DNA from: an uncultured cyanobacterium | GTDB lineage: Bacteria > Cyanobacteriota > Cyanobacteriia > PCC-6307 > Cyanobiaceae | DNA length: 64,000 bases | Direction: 5' to 3' | Assembly (NCBI GenBank): GCA_963765575.1 | Contig: CAVXWZ010000001.1 | Coordinates: 288,001-352,000 of the forward strand | Shown: positions 52,678 to 62,258 of the stretch, piece after piece | Position numbering within the stretch: position 1 is the first letter of the stretch | Layout: each line of letters opens with the position of its first letter | Position numbers and translations under genes: made by a program | The notes under the pieces: generated by a model | What the model was told of the DNA's origin: nothing | The model's input: the letters and a program-made list of their open reading frames with translations, nothing else | The model's database searches: none

Positions 52678-53799
52678 TCAGAGCAGGGCCAGGCGATCGC
52701 GGTGCATCACCTCCACCCCCACCCGGCCCATCAGCTGCTGCAGGTCGGCGCTGCCCAGGCTGGCCAGGCCCCGGCCCAGTTCCCGGCCATCCGGGCCCAG
52801 CAGGCGCACCGCGTCGCGGGCGTTGAACTGCCCCTCCACCGCCGTCACCCCCACCGCCAGCAATGAGGCGCCCCGGTTGAGCAGGGCTCGCTCGGCGCCG
52901 GCATCGAGGCGCAGGGCCCCCTTGGGCACCAGGGCGTGGGCCAGCCAGTGTTTGCGGGTGGTGATCGGCTCGCCGGAGGGCTGGAACACCGTGCCCACGC
53001 GCTGGCCGGCCAGCAGGGCATCGAGCGCGGTCGGATCGCGGCCGTCGGCCAGGTGCACGCGGATGCCACTGGAGGTGGCGATGCGCGCCGCGGCCAGCTT
53101 GGTGGTCATGCCGCCGGTGCCCCAGCGGCCGCCGCCGCCGGCCACATGGGTAATCCGTTCCAGTTCGGCCAGATCGCTCACCTCCTCGATGGGCTCGGCC
53201 GAGCTGTCGCGGCGGGGATCGCCCGAGTAGAGGCGGTCCACGTCGGTGAGCAGGATCAGTTCATCGGCGCCCACCGCCACCGCCACCAGGGCCGAGAGGG
53301 TGTCGTTGTCGCCGAAGCGCAGCTCATCGGTGGCCAGGGTGTCGTTCTCGTTCACCACCGGCACCACGCCCCAGGCGAGCAGCTGCTCGAGGGTGCGGCT
53401 GGCGTTCTGGTAGCGCCGCCGCGAGGCCAGGTCGCCGCGGGTGAGCAGCACCTGGGCCGCCGTCAGTCCGCGCACGGCAAAGGCGTCCTGGTACTGGGCC
53501 ATCAGCTGGCCCTGACCCACGGCGGCGGCGGCCTGCAGCGCGGCCACCTCCGCCGGGCGCTGGGCCATCGCCAGCACCGCGCAGCCCAGGCCCACGGCAC
53601 CGCTGGTGACCAGGGCCACGGCATCGCCGCGGCGCTGGGCCGTGTTGATGCTGGCGGCCAGGTCGGCGATCACGGCGGTGGTGGGGCGCTCGGCGCTGCC
53701 CCGCAGCAGGCTGGTGCCCACCTTCACCACCCGGCGCCGGGGCCGCCCGTCGCTGGCGTTCATCCCCGCCTCCCTCGCCATTGCCGCTGCCCTGCTCAT
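52678..53799 (-). CDS. proB: Glutamate 5-kinase with PUA domain
   Basis: [29 protein letters not shown]. Confidence 0.96.
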   Translation of the reverse strand: MSRAAAMAREAGMNASDGRPRRRVVKVGTSLLRGSAERPTTAVIADLAASINTAQRRGDAVALVTSGAVGLGCAVLAMAQRPAEVAALQAAAAVGQGQLMAQYQDAFAVRGLTAAQVLLTRGDLASRRRYQNASRTLEQLLAWGVVPVVNENDTLATDELRFGDNDTLSALVAVAVGADELILLTDVDRLYSGDPRRDSSAEPIEEVSDLAELERITHVAGGGGRWGTGGMTTKLAAARIATSSGIRVHLADGRDPTALDALLAGQRVGTVFQPSGEPITTRKHWLAHALVPKGALRLDAGAERALLNRGASLLAVGVTAVEGQFNARDAVRLLGPDGRELGRGLASLGSADLQQLMGRVGVEVMHRDRLALL

Positions 53800-54308
53800 C
53801 CCAGGCGGATGCCCAGCCAGTGGGCGAGCTGCAGCTCCAGCCGCTGCACGCGGTCGCGCTGGCAGGGCTGCCCCAGCGGGTCGATCGGCCTCACCAGCAC
53901 CGTGTAGAGGCCCAGGCGGTTGCCCACGATCACGTCGGTGAACAGCCGATCACCGATCAGGGCGACCTGGCGGTGGGGCAGCTGCAGTTGCTGCAGCACC
54001 CGGCGCAGGGCGGCACGGCGCGGTTTGCCGGCTGAGGTGGTGAAGGGCACCCCCAGCTCGGCCGCCACGGCGCCGATGCGCTGGCGGGAGGGGTTGTTGC
54101 TGAGCAGGTGGATCGGCAGCTGCCGGCGCGCCTCCTCCAGCCAGCGGCGGCAGCTCTGGGGCAGGGTGGACTGGCGCCGGGGCAGCAGCGTGCGGTCCAC
54201 ATCCAGCACCAGGGCTGCGATCCGACGCTCAAGCAGCTGCTGCAGGGGCAGCTCGGCCAGGGTGCGGTCGAGCAGCCAGTCGGGGCGCAGCAGTTGACGC
54301 AGGCTCAC
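53796..54308 (-). CDS. YqeG-family HAD IIIA phosphatase
   Basis: LDVDRTL, LSNN, AGKP, IGDRLFTDV; GTG start overlaps the upstream stop. Confidence 0.9.
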   Translation of the reverse strand: MSLRQLLRPDWLLDRTLAELPLQQLLERRIAALVLDVDRTLLPRRQSTLPQSCRRWLEEARRQLPIHLLSNNPSRQRIGAVAAELGVPFTTSAGKPRRAALRRVLQQLQLPHRQVALIGDRLFTDVIVGNRLGLYTVLVRPIDPLGQPCQRDRVQRLELQLAHWLGIRLG

Positions 54309-54844
54309 GGCTGGCCCTCCCGCTCCTCCAGCTCGGCCTCGATGCGGGGCTGAACCCGATCGAATTCCTCCCCTTCCACCAGCAGCGCCTGGGCGCCGTC
54401 CATGCGGGCCACCACGAAGTAGGGGTCGAGGGGGATGTAGAGGCCGTACTCCTGCTCCTCCACCAGGAAGCTCACCAGCAGCTCGTAGGTCTCGCTGTCG
54501 TCGTCCTCGTCGCCGTCGTCGAGATCCTCGGGCTCGGGCTCCTCCAGTTCGCCGTTCACCGTGAGGGTCACCGCCGAGCGCACCAGGGTGAGGTCGTGCT
54601 CCTGCAGCACCACATCCGCCACCGAGAGGATCGGTTCGGTGGCCTCGATCGTGTCGATCAGCTCCGGTTCCTCCCCCTCCCCCAGGCGGAACAGGCACAC
54701 CGGGGTGTCCACGGGCGTGAGCAACACGTAGTCGCGACCATCGAGGGGGATGAGCTGCTCCAGAAAACAGAGCAACTGACGACCCCGTTGGTCGCTCACC
54801 AGCAGGGTGGGCACATCGCTGGGGAGGTCGCCCGGGCCAGTCAT
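54305..54844 (-). CDS. DUF3727-like acidic cyanobacterial protein
   Basis: LLTPVDTPV, LVRSAVTLTV, YGLYIPLDP. Confidence 0.85.
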   Translation of the reverse strand: MTGPGDLPSDVPTLLVSDQRGRQLLCFLEQLIPLDGRDYVLLTPVDTPVCLFRLGEGEEPELIDTIEATEPILSVADVVLQEHDLTLVRSAVTLTVNGELEEPEPEDLDDGDEDDDSETYELLVSFLVEEQEYGLYIPLDPYFVVARMDGAQALLVEGEEFDRVQPRIEAELEEREGQP

Positions 54845-54884
54845 GAAGAACTCCGCAGTGCTCACAGAAGGTGGAGCTGTGCCC

Positions 54885-55370
54885 TCAGGATGGATCAGCG
54901 TCGGCTGCACTGCCCGGATCGCGGCTCAGCGCCGCCTGGGGGGCCTGCGGTTCCGGGCCCTCGCGCAGCCACTGCTCCAGCAGCAGGGCGGCGGCGGCAC
55001 TGTCGAGCCGGCCGCTGCGGTCGCCGTGCAGACCATGGCGTTCGGCTGCGGCCCAGCTGCTGGAATGTTCGTTGACCCAGGCCATGGCCAGCCCGGTGGC
55101 CTGGGCCAGCCGCTCGCCGTAGCGCCGGCAATGGTGGCTCTGGTCGCCGGCGTGGCCAGCGCTGTCGAGGGGCAGTCCCACCACCAGGGCCTGCACCCGG
55201 CGGCGCTGGATCAAGGCCCGCAGCTGCTCCAGGTCGGCCGGGAACCGACCCCGCAGCAGGGGTGGCAGGGGGGTGACGGTGAGCCCCAGGGGGTCGCAGC
55301 CCGCCAGGCCGATGCGCCGCCGCCCCACATCCAGGGCCAGGGTGGAGCGCGGCCGCGGCGGGCCGGTCAG
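54885..55370 (-). CDS. ruvX: YqgF/RuvX RNase H-like nuclease
   Basis: LALDVGRRRIGLA, VVGLP, VNEHSSS, DSAAAALLL. The first motif requires a start upstream of 55328, probably CTG at 55370. Confidence 0.9.
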   Translation of the reverse strand: MTGPPRPRSTLALDVGRRRIGLAGCDPLGLTVTPLPPLLRGRFPADLEQLRALIQRRRVQALVVGLPLDSAGHAGDQSHHCRRYGERLAQATGLAMAWVNEHSSSWAAAERHGLHGDRSGRLDSAAAALLLEQWLREGPEPQAPQAALSRDPGSAADADPS

Positions 55371-56500
55371 CGGGGCCCCAAGGGTGTGGGCATGGGCCGG
55401 CGCCTGGGCTGCAGCTGCTCCAGCACGGCTTCCAGGCGCCGCGCGGGGCCCTGGGCGGGGGCGTGCAGCTCCTGCCGCCGCCAGACACTGCGGGCCATCA
55501 GCACCCGTTCGCCGCGGGGTTCAGCGCCCAGCTGCACCAGCCAGCGCTCCAGGGCCTGGTCGTTGATGTCGCTGCGCAGCCACAGGGGCTGGTGGCGGCC
55601 CAGGGCCCGGGCGGCCTGGGCCAGCAGGCTGGTGAGCGGCGCGCCGATCAGCTGCCCCCAGCCAGGGTGCACCGTGAGTTCGAGATCGTGGCCACCACCG
55701 GGGTGGTCGCCCAGCCAGCGCACCGCCGCCACGGCCTGATCGCGGCCGGGATCGATCAGCAGCCAGCCGCGGCTGCCGCTGCGGTCGAGCAGGTCTTCGA
55801 CATGGCGATCGAGCAGCTGGCGCAGCAGCCCGGGGCAGGCCGCCTGTTCGAGCTGCCAGAGGGCCCTGGCGCTGCGGCGGTTGAGGGGGCGCGGACTCCA
55901 CGGCTGGCTGCCGTCACCAGCGGCTGCAGCCAACGTGCCGCTGGCGGGCAGCCCGCCCGGCCAGCGCCAGAGCCGCTCGGTGCGCAGGGGCTGGAAGCCC
56001 TGTTCACGCAGGGCGGCGAGTCGATCGCTGTCGAGGGTGGAGGCGATGGCGATCCAGCTGCCGGCGCCGCGGGCCCGCAGGATCGCCTCGCGCAGCAGCG
56101 CTCCGGCCAGCTCTCGCCGGCCGCATTCGGCCATCAGGCGCAGGTGCTGAACGCGCCAGCAACTGCCACTGCGGTTTTCCTGTCGGGTGACGATCAGGCC
56201 CAGGGGCACGTGCCCCTGGCGCGCCACCAGCACCTCCGGGCTGAGGTTGGTGGGCGTGGGGATGGGCAGCCAGCGCAGGGCTCGGGCGACCGGCCGCAGC
56301 ACCGCCGTGCGTTGCAGCAGGGGCTGGAGGGGCACAAAGGCCGGATCGTTGAGCAGGGGCAGGTGCCAGCCGGCCAGCGGCTCGATCAGGGGTCTGTCGC
56401 CGAGGGCGCCGCCCTGGGCCCGGGGGCCTGGGCTTTCACCCTCCGGTGAGAGCAGCGCCGGGGACGGCAGCGAAGCGCTGGGCACGGCTGGACTGTGCAC
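55367..56500 (-). CDS. Cyanobacterial hypothetical protein, possibly tandem GNAT-like
   Basis: NRSGSCW, REQGFQPL, LMARSVWRR, LQPRRRPMPTP. Confidence 0.75.
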   Translation of the reverse strand: MHSPAVPSASLPSPALLSPEGESPGPRAQGGALGDRPLIEPLAGWHLPLLNDPAFVPLQPLLQRTAVLRPVARALRWLPIPTPTNLSPEVLVARQGHVPLGLIVTRQENRSGSCWRVQHLRLMAECGRRELAGALLREAILRARGAGSWIAIASTLDSDRLAALREQGFQPLRTERLWRWPGGLPASGTLAAAAGDGSQPWSPRPLNRRSARALWQLEQAACPGLLRQLLDRHVEDLLDRSGSRGWLLIDPGRDQAVAAVRWLGDHPGGGHDLELTVHPGWGQLIGAPLTSLLAQAARALGRHQPLWLRSDINDQALERWLVQLGAEPRGERVLMARSVWRRQELHAPAQGPARRLEAVLEQLQPRRRPMPTPLGPR

Positions 56501-56541
56501 AGGTTGGGGTGCACAGGATGGGAGTGCACAGGATGGGTGTG
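56495..56541. repeat. Three 14-15-bp tandem repeats (GTGCACAGGATGGG)
   Basis: Units start at 56495, 56509 and 56524. Confidence 0.75.
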
Positions 56542-56640
56542 CGCTGCAGGGGATTGCACCAATCGGGATTGCGCCGTCATCCCAGGGCAGTCCGGAGGGT
56601 GATCAGCCCAACTGTACCGACGATGGCTGGCCGCCGCCGC

Positions 56641-57828
56641 TCAGCCCGGGCGCACCAGCACCAGGGGTGTGCGCTCGTTGGCGTTGCCGGCTGGGTTGGG
56701 GCGCAGGGCGCGCTGCAGCAGGGCCTGATCGCAGCCCTGGCTGGCCGCCAGCACCTTCACCCGGCCGAGGTCGTTGACGTCGACCACGGCCACGGCCACG
56801 CCCAGGGCGCTGGCCATCTGCTCGCAGAAGGCTTCGGGTTGGTGCGGTCCGAGCACGATGGTCTGGTCGTAGGGCGGTGTGGTGCCCGTGACGTCATCGA
56901 TCAGGCGGGCCTGCTCGCCGGCCAGGCGGTAGAACCAGCCCTTCGATCCCACCAGCTTCAGGGCCGTGCCCACCAGCCAGGCGCAGAGCACCCGTGCCGG
57001 CCCCTCCAGGTCGATCAGGGTCTGCATGCCGCAGGCGGTGGCCAGGGAGCTGGTGGGGTGGAACACCCGGCAGAGCAGCCGCGCCAGGGCTGAGGGCCGC
57101 ACCTCCTGGGGATGCTGGTAACGGCCCTGGATCACCGCCAGGGGCGTCTCGCCGATCGTGAGCACATCGCCGCTCTGGAGCACCGCGCCGGCGTAGTGGC
57201 GCAGCACCTGCTCGGGGTCGTCGAGGGTGCCCAGCAGGTGGGTGCGCACTGGCAGCACCTGGCAGCCCTCACCGCTGCGCCAGCGGGCGGTGGCCGGCGA
57301 CTGCGGTTCCGGCCGGCGCAGGGGGATGAGGATGGCGTCGCGGCGCTGGAGGCGGCCGAAGGGGCCGTAGTTCACCCACAGCACCTCCAGCCAGAGGGTG
57401 TCGAGCACGGCCGCCAGATCCACGCCCGCATCGCCCCGCAGCTCCACCGTGAGCCGGGCGCGGGTGGCCTTGCGTCCCTTGACGATGTAGGCGGCCCAGT
57501 AGCCATCGGCCCGCTCCTCCTCGTCGGCATGCAGGGCGGTGACCTGGCTGCGCAGGCTCACTCCGGCCAGATCGCCGCGGCCCAGCAGGGTGGGGCGCAA
57601 CGCCAGCTCGGGCACGAACACCTCCATGCGTCGGTGGGGGTTGCTGATCGTGATCTCACCGCTCACCCGCAGACCGCCGCCAGCGAGGGGCTGGACGCCG
57701 AAGGGGGCGGCGCTGAGGCGCAGCGGTGAGGCCGGCCGCAGCCGGTGGCGCAGCTCCAGAACGAGCAGCAGCAGGCCGAACAGCAGGGCGGCGATCAGGG
57801 CCAGCTTGAGCAGAACCAGGAACAGCAA
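56641..57828 (-). CDS. Membrane-anchored CofE-like (F420-0:gamma-glutamyl ligase family) protein
   Basis: PVRTH, IGETPLA, LIDDVTGTTPPYD, VVDVNDLG, NPAGNANERTP; N-terminal TM segment. Confidence 0.8.
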   Translation of the reverse strand: MLFLVLLKLALIAALLFGLLLLVLELRHRLRPASPLRLSAAPFGVQPLAGGGLRVSGEITISNPHRRMEVFVPELALRPTLLGRGDLAGVSLRSQVTALHADEEERADGYWAAYIVKGRKATRARLTVELRGDAGVDLAAVLDTLWLEVLWVNYGPFGRLQRRDAILIPLRRPEPQSPATARWRSGEGCQVLPVRTHLLGTLDDPEQVLRHYAGAVLQSGDVLTIGETPLAVIQGRYQHPQEVRPSALARLLCRVFHPTSSLATACGMQTLIDLEGPARVLCAWLVGTALKLVGSKGWFYRLAGEQARLIDDVTGTTPPYDQTIVLGPHQPEAFCEQMASALGVAVAVVDVNDLGRVKVLAASQGCDQALLQRALRPNPAGNANERTPLVLVRPG

Positions 57829-57908
57829 GTGCGACGGGAAACGGTTTGCCGGAGCGTACGTGCACCCCGCCGCCTTAACGTCGCGCGACCTCACCGGCCG
57901 GTGGCGCG

Positions 57909-59285
57909 ATGCGCAAGACCTTCGTGCTCGACACCAATGTGCTGTTGCACGATCCCGGCGCCCTCGGCCGCTTTGAGGACAACAACATCGTCATCCCGAT
58001 CGAGGTGGTGGCGGAAATCGACCGCTTCAAGCGCGACCCGGCCGAGAAGGGCCGCAACGCCCGCGAGGTGTCGCGGCTGCTGGACGACCTGAGGACCAGG
58101 GGCAACCTGGCCGACGGCGTTGCGCTCGACCCCCAGGGCGGCACCTTGAAGGTGGTGTTCTGCCGCAGCGAAACGCTCGCCACCCTGCCGCCCGAGCTCC
58201 AGGGCGACGGCGGTGACAACAACATTCTGGCGGTGGCGCTGGAGCAGCAGAGTCTGGAGGCGGTGATCGGCGACCAGCCGCCGGTGGTGCTGGTGACCAA
58301 GGACACCAACCTGCGCATCAAGGCCGATGCCGTGGGCCTGTCCGCCCAGGACTACACCAGCGACCGGGTGGACATCGCTGACCTCTACCCGGGCTTCTGT
58401 GAGCTCTGGGTGAGTGCCGAGCAGATGGATCGGGTGAAGCTGCCCCCAGGCCTGGAGACCGATGGACTGCCGCTGGATCACCCCCTGCAGCCCAACGAGG
58501 GGGTGACGCTGATCGACCAGAGCCAGCCCAACCACACCCTGCTGGCCCGCCACAACGCCGCCAGCGCCAGCCTGCAGCCGCTGCAGCGGCTGCAGAAGGC
58601 CCGGCTGGGGCGGATCCAGGCGCGCAACCGCGAGCAGAGCTTCGCCCTCGATCTGCTGCTCGATCCCTCCGTGCAGCTGGTGACGCTGGTGGGCAAGGCC
58701 GGCACCGGCAAGACCCTGCTGGCCCTGGCGGCAGGGTTGAACCAGGTGGCCGATGAGCGGCTCTACGAGCGCATGCTTGTGACCCGTCCGGTGATCTCCC
58801 TGGGCAAGGAGCTGGGCTTCCTGCCGGGTGATTTGGAGGAGAAGATGGGCCCCTGGATGAAACCGATCATCGACAATCTCGACTTCCTGCTCGGCTGCGA
58901 AGAAAGCAGCAAGGGTTCGGGACAACGTGGCGGCAACCGCCAGGCGCGCAGCAGCTGGAGCGACCTCAAGGCCATGGGGCTGCTGGAGGTGGAGGCGATC
59001 AGCTACATCCGCGGCCGTTCGATTCCAGGGCAGTTCATGGTGGTTGATGAGGCCCAGAACCTCACCCCCCACGAGGTGAAGACGATCGTGACGCGGGTGG
59101 GGGAGGGCACCAAGATCGTGCTCACCGGCGACCCCTACCAGATCGATAATCCCTATGTGGACGCTGAGAGCAACGGCCTCACCTGGCTGGTGGAGCGCTT
59201 CAAGGGCCAGATCCTCGCCGGCCACGTGACCCTGCAGCGCGGTGAACGCAGCGAGCTGGCTGAGCTGGCGGCGAATCTGCTCTGA
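57909..59285 (+). CDS. PIN-PhoH fusion (PhoH2/YlaK type)
   Basis: FVLDTNVLL PIN domain, GKAGTGKT, GFLPG, IRGRS, DEAQN, TGDPYQID. Confidence 0.93.
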   Translation: MRKTFVLDTNVLLHDPGALGRFEDNNIVIPIEVVAEIDRFKRDPAEKGRNAREVSRLLDDLRTRGNLADGVALDPQGGTLKVVFCRSETLATLPPELQGDGGDNNILAVALEQQSLEAVIGDQPPVVLVTKDTNLRIKADAVGLSAQDYTSDRVDIADLYPGFCELWVSAEQMDRVKLPPGLETDGLPLDHPLQPNEGVTLIDQSQPNHTLLARHNAASASLQPLQRLQKARLGRIQARNREQSFALDLLLDPSVQLVTLVGKAGTGKTLLALAAGLNQVADERLYERMLVTRPVISLGKELGFLPGDLEEKMGPWMKPIIDNLDFLLGCEESSKGSGQRGGNRQARSSWSDLKAMGLLEVEAISYIRGRSIPGQFMVVDEAQNLTPHEVKTIVTRVGEGTKIVLTGDPYQIDNPYVDAESNGLTWLVERFKGQILAGHVTLQRGERSELAELAANLL

Positions 59286-59522
59286 TCCCCATGCCCGAGA
59301 GCCTGGAGGCGGCCAGGGCGCTGTTGCAGGCGCTTTGTGGGGATCGATGCTTTCTCAGCGAGGGCTCGGTGAGGGCAATTTCAATCAAGGGCTTCCGCGT
59401 CCTCTGAGCAGAAGCCTGCGGCTCGGGGGCTTGCTGTACCGACGCGTTAAACATCTCCTCAAGCCCCCGGGTGTACTGATGAGAGGGGTGACATCTTTCC
59501 TGAACCAGGGGGTGTCCCTGTG

Positions 59523-59543
59523 ACCTAACTTAGCCTTATAGAC
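59523..59543 (-). other. Possible attI-like recombination site (core GTTAGGT)
   Basis: Minus strand GTCTATAAGGCTAA-GTTAGGT matches GTTRRRY, about 50-70 nt past the integrase remnant. Confidence 0.35.
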
Positions 59544-59593
59544 ATACCAATCTCCTGGTTGGGGGTCTCCCGGTGGCTGACGACGTGCCAAGA

Positions 59594-59818
59594 CCGGTCC
59601 TTGCCGCCTTTGCTATCGCGAACAGTGACGTTCTGCCGCTCGACATCGAGATCCTTGACGCGCCACCGCAGCGCTTCCATCAGCCGTAAGCCGCTGCCAT
59701 CCAGCAGCCCAACCACCGGAGCCGGATCACCCTCCAATCGTTCCCGCACCACGCCATCCAGTTCCAGATCACGATCCAGCAGTACGCGGTACAGGAACAA
59801 CAACGCCGAGATGGCCTG
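59594..59818 (-). pseudogene. Integron-integrase-like (tyrosine recombinase) remnant
   Basis: [11 protein letters not shown]...GVVR / [21 protein letters not shown]...[10 protein letters not shown]; no start, internal deletion, C-terminal catalytic half absent. Confidence 0.8.
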
Positions 59819-59867
59819 ACGCCCTGCGCCACGGCTACGGCCCAGGGTTGCCACCGGCACCGCCTGC

Positions 59868-61193
59868 TCAGCAATCCAGACAGGCGCGCCGCTCCGCGTC
59901 GCTGATGTCGCCCCGCTCGCGTTGCCACTGGCGGCGGCGCAAGCGGCCGTACGCCTGGCAGAACTCCTCCCCCAGGGCCTGGCGCAGGCGGCTGTCGGCA
60001 TCGAAGGCATCAAGGGCCTCGCCCAGGTCGGCGGGCAGCCGTGGACACACTTCGGGCGCCAGCGGTGCGGCGTAGTTGTCGTTGTCGTGGCGCGGGCCGG
60101 GCTGCAGCTGGCGCTCGATACCATCCAGCCCCGCCGCCAGGATGGCGGCCTGGAGCAGGTAGGGATGGGTGGAGCCGTCGGGTAGGCGCAGCTCCAGGCG
60201 TTGGTCGTCGGGAATGCGCAGCATGTGGGTGCGGTTGTTGCCGCAGTAACTGATCCCCGCCGGTGACCAGGTGGCACCCGACGTGGTGGGCGGTGCGGCC
60301 AGCCTTCGGTAGCTGTTCACCGTGGGGTTGGTGAGGGCGCAGAGGGCCGGGGCGTGCTCCAGCAGGCCCGCCAAAAACTGATAGGCCAGCGGTGAGAGGC
60401 CCAGTTCGCCGGCAGGATCGGGGAAGAGGTTGATGGCTGCTGTCTGGGTGGCGTCGCCACCGGCGGATCCCCAGAGTGAAAGATGGGTGTGGCAGCCGTT
60501 GCCGGTGCGCTCGGCGAAGGGCTTGGCCATGAAGCTGGCCTTCAGCCCCTGCTGTTCCGCCAGCGACTTCACCATCACCTTGAAGAAGGCGTGGCGATCG
60601 GCGGTGGTGAGGGCGTTGGCGAAGGTCCAGTTCACCTCAAACTGGCCGTTGGCGTCCTCGTGATCAGCCTGGTAGGGGCCCCAGCCCAGCTGCTCCATCG
60701 CCTCCAGCAGCGGGCCGATCAGGCCGTAGTGGCGCATCAAGGCCAGCTGGTCGTAGCAGGGTTTCTCCTGGTGGTCGGCCGGATCGGCGATGCCGCCGCC
60801 ATCGGCCGCCAGCAGAAAAAACTCGGCCTCCACGCCGCTGCGCAGCTCGTAGCCCAGGGCGGCGGCCCGCTGCAGCTGCTTCCGCAGCAGCCGGCGGGGG
60901 CACTGGGCCATCGGCGTTCCCCCCAGCACCAGTTCGGCCGCCACCCAGCCCACCTCCGGTTGCCAGGGCAGGGGGGTGAGGCTGGCGGCGTCGGGCAGGG
61001 CCATCACGTCGCCGTCGGCCGGGGAGAGATCCAGCCAGGCGGCGAAGCCGGCGAAACCGGCACCATCGCGGGCCATCGCGGCGATGGCGGCGGCGGGCAC
61101 GAGCTTGGCGCGCTGGATGCCGAACAGGTCGGTGAAGGAGATCAGCAGGAACTTGAGCTGCAGCTCCCGGGCCTGGCGGGCGAGATCGGTCAT
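59868..61193 (-). CDS. glnT: GlnT/GmaS-type glutamine synthetase family protein (gamma-glutamyl-amide ligase)
   Basis: [50 protein letters not shown]-terminal LDC. Confidence 0.88.
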   Translation of the reverse strand: MTDLARQARELQLKFLLISFTDLFGIQRAKLVPAAAIAAMARDGAGFAGFAAWLDLSPADGDVMALPDAASLTPLPWQPEVGWVAAELVLGGTPMAQCPRRLLRKQLQRAAALGYELRSGVEAEFFLLAADGGGIADPADHQEKPCYDQLALMRHYGLIGPLLEAMEQLGWGPYQADHEDANGQFEVNWTFANALTTADRHAFFKVMVKSLAEQQGLKASFMAKPFAERTGNGCHTHLSLWGSAGGDATQTAAINLFPDPAGELGLSPLAYQFLAGLLEHAPALCALTNPTVNSYRRLAAPPTTSGATWSPAGISYCGNNRTHMLRIPDDQRLELRLPDGSTHPYLLQAAILAAGLDGIERQLQPGPRHDNDNYAAPLAPEVCPRLPADLGEALDAFDADSRLRQALGEEFCQAYGRLRRRQWQRERGDISDAERRACLDC

Positions 61194-61238
61194 GGCGGCT
61201 GGTGGATGGAGGAAGGAGGGGCCCGGCGCCAGGGCCAG

Positions 61239-62237
61239 TCAGCTGGCCAGCAGCTGATCAACGACGTGGCGCAGCAGCTGCTGCTCGTTGGGGTTGCTGT
61301 GGGGGTTGCCGGCCCGGTGGCCGAGCGGGGAGTCGATGCGGTGCAGGCGGGCGCCGGGGATGCAGCGCGCTTCGGCGGCGAGGTCGTCGACGGGGAAATA
61401 GAGGTCGTGGCTGCCGGCCACGACGGCCGTTCTGGCCTCGATGCGGCCCAGGGCGGCGGCCAGGTCACCACCGCCGGCCACGTCGTGGTTCAGCCAGGTG
61501 TCGAGCATGGCGATGAGATCGCGGGGATCGTGGCGGCGGTAGTGGGGCAGCCACTGCTCGCGCACGTGCTGCTCCACCGGTTCGGCGATGCTGCGGAAGA
61601 AGGGCTGGCTGGCCGCCCAGCTGGCGTAGATCAGCGCGTAGGTGAGCAGCCCCTGTTCCGGTGCGGCGTCGAAGCCCGAGCCGTTCCAGTGCCGATCGGC
61701 GGTGAGCGCCTGGCGCAGGCTGAGGCAGAACAGGCGGTTGTGGGGGGTGGTGCGGGCGGTGCCGCAGACGCAGCAGATCCGCTGCACCGTTTCGGGATGG
61801 TCCACCGCCCAGCGGTAGGCCTGCTGGGCCCCCATCGACCAGCCATAGATCAGGGCCGGCCGCTCGACGCCGAACACCTCCCGCAGCAGCCGGCGCTGGG
61901 CGGCGACGTTGTCGCCATGCCCCACCACCCAGCCCTGCTCGGCCAGACCCATGACGCCGTGGCTGGGGCTGCTGGAGGCGCCGTTGCCGAACATCCCCGC
62001 GATCAGCACGCACCAGCGCTGCGGGTCGAACACCGGCCCGGCCAGCCAGGCCAGATCCTCCACCCGCGCCCCGTAGGAACTGGGCACCAGGATCAGGTTG
62101 GAGCGGTCGGGCGTGAGCTGGCCGATGCGCAGGTAGCTGATCCGCGCCTCGGGGATGGTGTGGCCGCACTGGAGAACAAACCGCCCCAGGTTGTGCAGAC
62201 CGTGGTGCCGGGGTGGTGCCGTGGGGGTGCTGGTCAT
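61239..62237 (-). CDS. Alpha/beta hydrolase, homoserine acetyltransferase (MetX)-like fold
   Basis: MFGNGASSSPS, GWSMGAQQA nucleophile, HDLYFP Asp, LGHRAG His. Confidence 0.85.
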   Translation of the reverse strand: MTSTPTAPPRHHGLHNLGRFVLQCGHTIPEARISYLRIGQLTPDRSNLILVPSSYGARVEDLAWLAGPVFDPQRWCVLIAGMFGNGASSSPSHGVMGLAEQGWVVGHGDNVAAQRRLLREVFGVERPALIYGWSMGAQQAYRWAVDHPETVQRICCVCGTARTTPHNRLFCLSLRQALTADRHWNGSGFDAAPEQGLLTYALIYASWAASQPFFRSIAEPVEQHVREQWLPHYRRHDPRDLIAMLDTWLNHDVAGGGDLAAALGRIEARTAVVAGSHDLYFPVDDLAAEARCIPGARLHRIDSPLGHRAGNPHSNPNEQQLLRHVVDQLLAS

Positions 62238-62258
62238 GGCCCCGCGCTCAAGCCCCAC

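Noticed and set aside
59291..59407. 38-aa ORF MPESLEAARALLQALCG... right after phoH2
   Set aside because: It may be a gene stub cut at the island edge, but it is too short and motif-free to support.
59380..59452. Complete attC site starting at GTTTAAC
   Set aside because: No matching GTTRRRY arm or extended palindrome was found.
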